Shown one piece after another: positions 59,253 to 64,000 of a DNA stretch of 64,000 nucleotides. The DNA comes from the human T2T-CHM13v2.0 reference genome, Homo sapiens. Within the stretch, counting starts at the first letter, position 1, and every line of letters begins with the position of its first letter. Under the pieces are notes generated by a model. It had not been told where the DNA came from. It ran no database searches and was given only the letters and a program-made list of their open reading frames with translations. The stretch lies in NCBI RefSeq assembly GCF_009914755.1, contig NC_060939.1; one strand, 5' to 3'. Made by a program: the position numbers and the translations under genes.

Positions 59253-60656
59253 GGCAGAAAGACCACCAGCAAACAGTTAATAAGCACCAACTGCATACAT
59301 GGTACCCATCTGGAGCTGGAAATCCAAAGTGACAAACTTAATCAGCCTCAGCCCTGACTCCTGCTCTCAAGGAGCTGAGAATTTAATTAAGCCTCTGGTC
59401 TATGTGTATTGGCATGGCCAGCTTCCACAGGAACACACGGGGGGGCTTTACTGTGTCTTACACCAGTGGTCGTTCTGATGGTTCTGTGCCAGCCTCCTAG
59501 TGAAGAGCCATCCCTGGGTAAGAGAAAAGAAGCAGGCATGCCAAGACTCAAATATGTGCAAGGAATCATACGTACGACATGTGGACCAGCAGGTTAAAAA
59601 AGTGTTAACCCCCAAACCACTCTCAAACAAAGTCTTAAGCTGAAGCCAGCTTTCAGATATGTATTATTATATAGTAATACATGTTAATATATATTAATAT
59701 GCAATTTGTACATATTAGCATCAATAGGAACACAGGACCTACATATGCACACACATGTACTTACTAGAGCTGCTGTGGCTCAAATGCAAGGGCAAAATCC
59801 TCTGCTTCCTCAGGAATCCCCTAACGTGATGAGGATCACACAGCAAAGAAGACACAGGCTTCATCATCAAGCAGACCTGGACCTGTCCTTCTCGCTGTCT
59901 ACACTGGGCAAGTGGCTTCTCTAAACCTCAGTTTCTTCATCTGTAAAAGGGGAAGAATGTTCTACTGGCAAGATTGTTGTGCGGGCCAAGGGAAATGAGG
60001 ACATGAAACCCCAGCCACCAGCAGGTCTCAACAGGCGTCAGCATCCGGGACACCAGCCACAGCTGTGAGGCTTCAGGAACCTGGTCCACTTGACCCTCCT
60101 CACCAGAGTCACCATCCAGACCCAGCCTTGACCCACAGCCGCTCTGGAGGGGACGGGGCAGTGGGATTTGGGATCGGGAGAACTTGGTTCAAGTCCTAGC
60201 CCTGCTGGTATCTGCTGGCCTCCCCCAGGGCCTGATTTCCCCGTCGGCCAGGTAAGGATAATGATCTATTGATTTTAAAGCATGTCACCAGGGCTAAATG
60301 AGGCATGAAAGTGCTTTGTCCCCTGGCACTTCTGCCCTTCCTGTTTTTGGTGCCAAAACCCTTAGCCTGGCCAGGCTTGGTGAGAGGCACCGTGAGGCTG
60401 CTAGCCTGAGCCCTAGCTCTGTCCCTGGCTGGTGGGCTGTCCTTTGCAAGTGACCGCTCTGCCCCAGTTGTTTCACCTGCAAATGATAACAGCCAGCACC
60501 AGCTTCGCTCATGATGGAAGCCCCAGTGTTAAGCCCCTGCCTCCGCCTCCACTTGGCCAGCTCCAGGCAAGGCGGCCACTGTGGCAGTGACTGTCAGAAT
60601 TGCTCTCTTACAAGGTGCTGCTTGCACCAAACTCAGGTGGGGTTGTCTGTGTTGCA

Positions 60657-61222
60657 AACACAAGCACACGCACTACACACACATACACAGCACATGCCAC
60701 ACACATGCACACACCTCACACACCACACATACCACAGGCATACATATACACACCACATAGCACATAGAACACACACACACTCCACACATACCACATGCCA
60801 CACACCACACACATACACCACACCCTGCACGTATACACAGCACATGCCACATGTATGCACACCACACACCACACATACCACAAACATACATAAACACACA
60901 TCACACACACAGCACATGCCACACACATATCACACATATACATATACACACCACACATAACACACATACCACACAGATACATAAACACATACATCACACA
61001 CATACAAAGCACATGCCACACACATACCACACAAACACATACACCACACATACACAGCACATGCCACACACATGTGTGTGGCATGTGGCATGTGAGAAAT
61101 GTGTGTGTGTTGTGTGTGCTATGTGGTGTGTATATGTGTGTGTGGTGTGTATGTGGCACGTGGTGTGTGTGAAATGTGTGTGTGTTGTATGTGCTATGTG
61201 GTGTGTATATGTGTGTGGCACA
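60657..61222. repeat. CA-rich minisatellite followed by its GT-rich inverted copy
   Basis: CA-rich to 61072, GT-rich from 61073, with a perfect 30-bp palindrome at 61058-61087. Confidence 0.95.
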
Positions 61223-61876
61223 TACTGGGAATTGAGATGATTTGTGGCTTTTTATATTGTTTTTTACTGAGGTATAAGCTGTTCATAAGGAACATGTAAT
61301 GCATCATAATCAGACAAAACAACACAGTCATTTACATGTTTTTAAAAATCCTGTATTTGCTTGAAAATACTCCAGAAAGAACATGTGTGTATGTCAGGGG
61401 TGGCGTGACAGAAATGGATGGAATAAGAGTGGCAAAATGTCATCTTTGCTGAAGCTGGCCAAAGGGGACTATGAGAAATCACCATATGATTCTCTTGACT
61501 TTTGAGTATGTTTGCACATTTCACAAGAAAAGGTGAAAATAAACAAACGAATAAAACCAAGGTCAGCAGTGAGTTCATCCTTGGCTTTTAGAGGATATCA
61601 CAATTGCAGTGCAATAAACACAGAAATATGAGAAACAAATATACAACAGAAATAAGGCTGCAAAACTTAACGCTAAGAACCCAGGAGCCATCAGCTGTGC
61701 AACCTCAGGTCAATAACAGCCTTATGGAGCCTCAGGTCCCTCATCTGTAAAACGGGAGGAAACCCTTGTTGCATGGCAGGCTTGTGGTTCAGACTGAAAA
61801 TTCTAATTACTACTGTGGCTGCTGTTGTTCAATCCATAGGCCCTGGAAGTCTGGAAGCAAGAACTCCACACCCCAA

Positions 61877-62330
61877 CAGTGGTTTCAAACTTTGGTGTGC
61901 ACTGAGATGACCAGGGTTACTAGCAAAAATGCAGATTCCTGGCCAGGCACGGTGGCTCGTACCTGTAATCCCAGCACTTAGGGAGGCCGAGGCCAGTGTA
62001 TGGCTTGAGGTCAGGAGTTGGAGACCAGCCTGGCCAACATGATGAAACCCCATCTCTACTAAAAACATAGAAAATTAGCCAGGCATGGTGGTGCGTGCCT
62101 GTAATACCAGCTACTCAGGAGGCCGAGGCAGGAGAATCGCTTGAACCAGGAGGTGGAGGTTTCAGAGAGCTGAGATCGTGCCACTGCCTGGGTGACAGAG
62201 TGAGACCCTGTCTCAAAAAAAATGCGGATTCCAAGGTCCTACCCCTAGGGATCCTGACTCCATACGTGGGGCCAGGCCTAGGACCCTCCACTTTAAATAA
62301 GACCCCAGGCCATTCCCACTGGGGAAATGC
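61877..62330. mobile_element. MER5-like DNA transposon fossil interrupted by an Alu (61941-62222)
   Basis: cagtggtttcaaactt...aaaaatgcagattcc; the TSD is repeated as aaaaatgcggattcc. Confidence 0.6.
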
Positions 62331-64000
62331 TGCATCTAGCCCCACACCAAAGACACCCGGGTAAGCAGGTCTGCCACGGACAAAAACGCCTCGCCGTGCA
62401 GAAACCGGGGCTGGACGTTGTTCGGGGCTGATTGCCCATTTATGACTCTAGGTGGACTTTGTCTGCAGTCATGGCTGGAAAAGCTGGCAAGCAACAGACA
62501 CCTTTGCAAAAATAGCAAATAAACAATATGTCACATTTGTGGTTTCCTCCTGGGAGGGGCAGAGTCTATATGGGCAATTGACTTAGGGCAGAATCCAATT
62601 CCAACATGAACTAACTGTGTGGCACGGGCCGAAGCCCTTGACCATTCAGTATCTGCATGATGGGAATTTTGATAGCAGTATCAGAAACAGCCCCATGGGG
62701 TTTTGTCAATTACACGAGGCTGTCAGGAACCGAGGCCTGGAGCCAGGACCCCATCAGGAAGTTTAGGGATCCACTGGATTTATGGCCTCCATGCTCAGGG
62801 TGTCAGGTCCCAAACCTTCTCAATCACAGGAAAGCAGGACTCAGGCCAAGGGAAGGAAGCACATGTCGCAGCTGGAGACCACACATACCTTGGCAGCACC
62901 CCAGGGAGAGAAAATTCCCTGCTGCACCAGGCTTCTCTGTGCACTTCCAGCCCCCATCACTTAAGGAACCCCTGTCCCACTCTGAGTCTTCTTCTGAGGC
63001 CTCTGTTTGTGTTGTCCTGCTCCTGTCCTGGCCTCCAGATCCCTCCTCTCGTAGGGTCCTAGGTCTGAAGGAAAAGCAAGATGGCGGCAGTCTGGGGGAA
63101 GAGCATGTGCTTGGGGTCCCCGTGGCCCATTTCTGGGCTTGGCCTGGTCACCTGCTGCAGTCAGTATCACTCATTCAGACCTAAGCAGTAATGCCAGGCG
63201 GGTCATGTCCTCCTTGTAAAATTGTTTGTTTGGAGAATTTGTGGTGAACTCCAAATCTCTCTCTCTCTCTCAAAATTAATACCATTAGAGTCATTTGTGC
63301 TTGACTGCAGCCCTATGGAAGGGACAGCCCCACTTCTCCCCTTGCCTCTTTGCGGTTATTTGTAGGGCAGTCACAGGAAACCAGTACAATGGCATTTCCC
63401 CCTAAACATGAGTGTGGCTCTCAGCGCAATCCAGTTCACAACAAATAGCCCATCCTTGACCTATAGGACCAGGCCTCAGGAAGGGCTCGGGGGCCTCAGA
63501 GGCAAATGACACCCAGCCCTTCAACCCTGCACAACCACAGACCTCACACCCAGTGGTAACCAATTTGGCTGAACAGCACCCTACACTGTGGGCTCCCCGT
63601 GGTGCTGGGCCCCCTCACAAGGAGGCAGGGCACACCCTCCTGATCTAGCCTGAGCCCCTGAGTCCTCTCCCAACCTCCTCCCAGCGATCTCAGCTGCTCC
63701 AGCAAGGCGTGGGGCTGGTGTCCTTCAGCTGCCTCCCTCTCCAGAGGAGGAGAGGCGGCAGATGTTGAGGCAGAGGTGGAGAAAAGCTCCTGGCACGCTT
63801 GCAGCCGGGGTCACCTTGTGCACGGGCAGAGTCAGGGAAGGGTGAGACAGTAGGTGCCCTGTGTGGAAAACCAGAATCTCGGGGCCAGGACCCAGAGAAT
63901 GCTGGAGGGCCCGGGAGGTCAGCGCCTGCCCTCTCCCCATGAGGGAGGCCCCCTCCCTCAGGCAGTCTGCCTACTTCAGAGTGGGGAGTCCAGGTTGTCA

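Noticed and set aside
60511-61299. His/Thr- and Cys/Val-rich ORFs
   Set aside because: Translations of CA/GT low-complexity sequence.

Overview
Primate (human) genomic DNA with no intact protein-coding gene. The ORF track is almost entirely Alu, L1, low-complexity or chance ORFs. From memory, not from a search, the window looks like the 15q11.2 pericentromeric segmental-duplication mosaic: an IGHV1 orphon pseudogene matching my recollection of IGHV1OR15-4 lies about 30 kb from the Alu-derived MIR1268A hairpin. A paralogous copy of this cassette cannot be excluded. Blocks: (1) 1-~12.7 kb is IGH-derived, with three VH relics on the minus strand, their 23-RSS and octamers; (2) ~13-24 kb is unique sequence with MIR/L1; (3) ~24-35.5 kb is a very Alu-dense, GC-rich duplicon carrying minus-strand exon-like segments and several minisatellites; (4) ~36-64 kb contains a degenerate interstitial telomere repeat, nested MaLR/ERV/Alu insertions and a fold-back CA/GT minisatellite. 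I found no demonstrable new biological system. The best candidate is a VNTR at 33.16-33.96 kb whose unit is a micro-exon cassette (acceptor, 32-nt exon, GTGAG donor, UG tract). A 36-bp array whose unit resembles branch point + pyrimidine tract + CAG/GT is second. Both are sequence-based hypotheses. Repeat boundaries and subfamilies are approximate.
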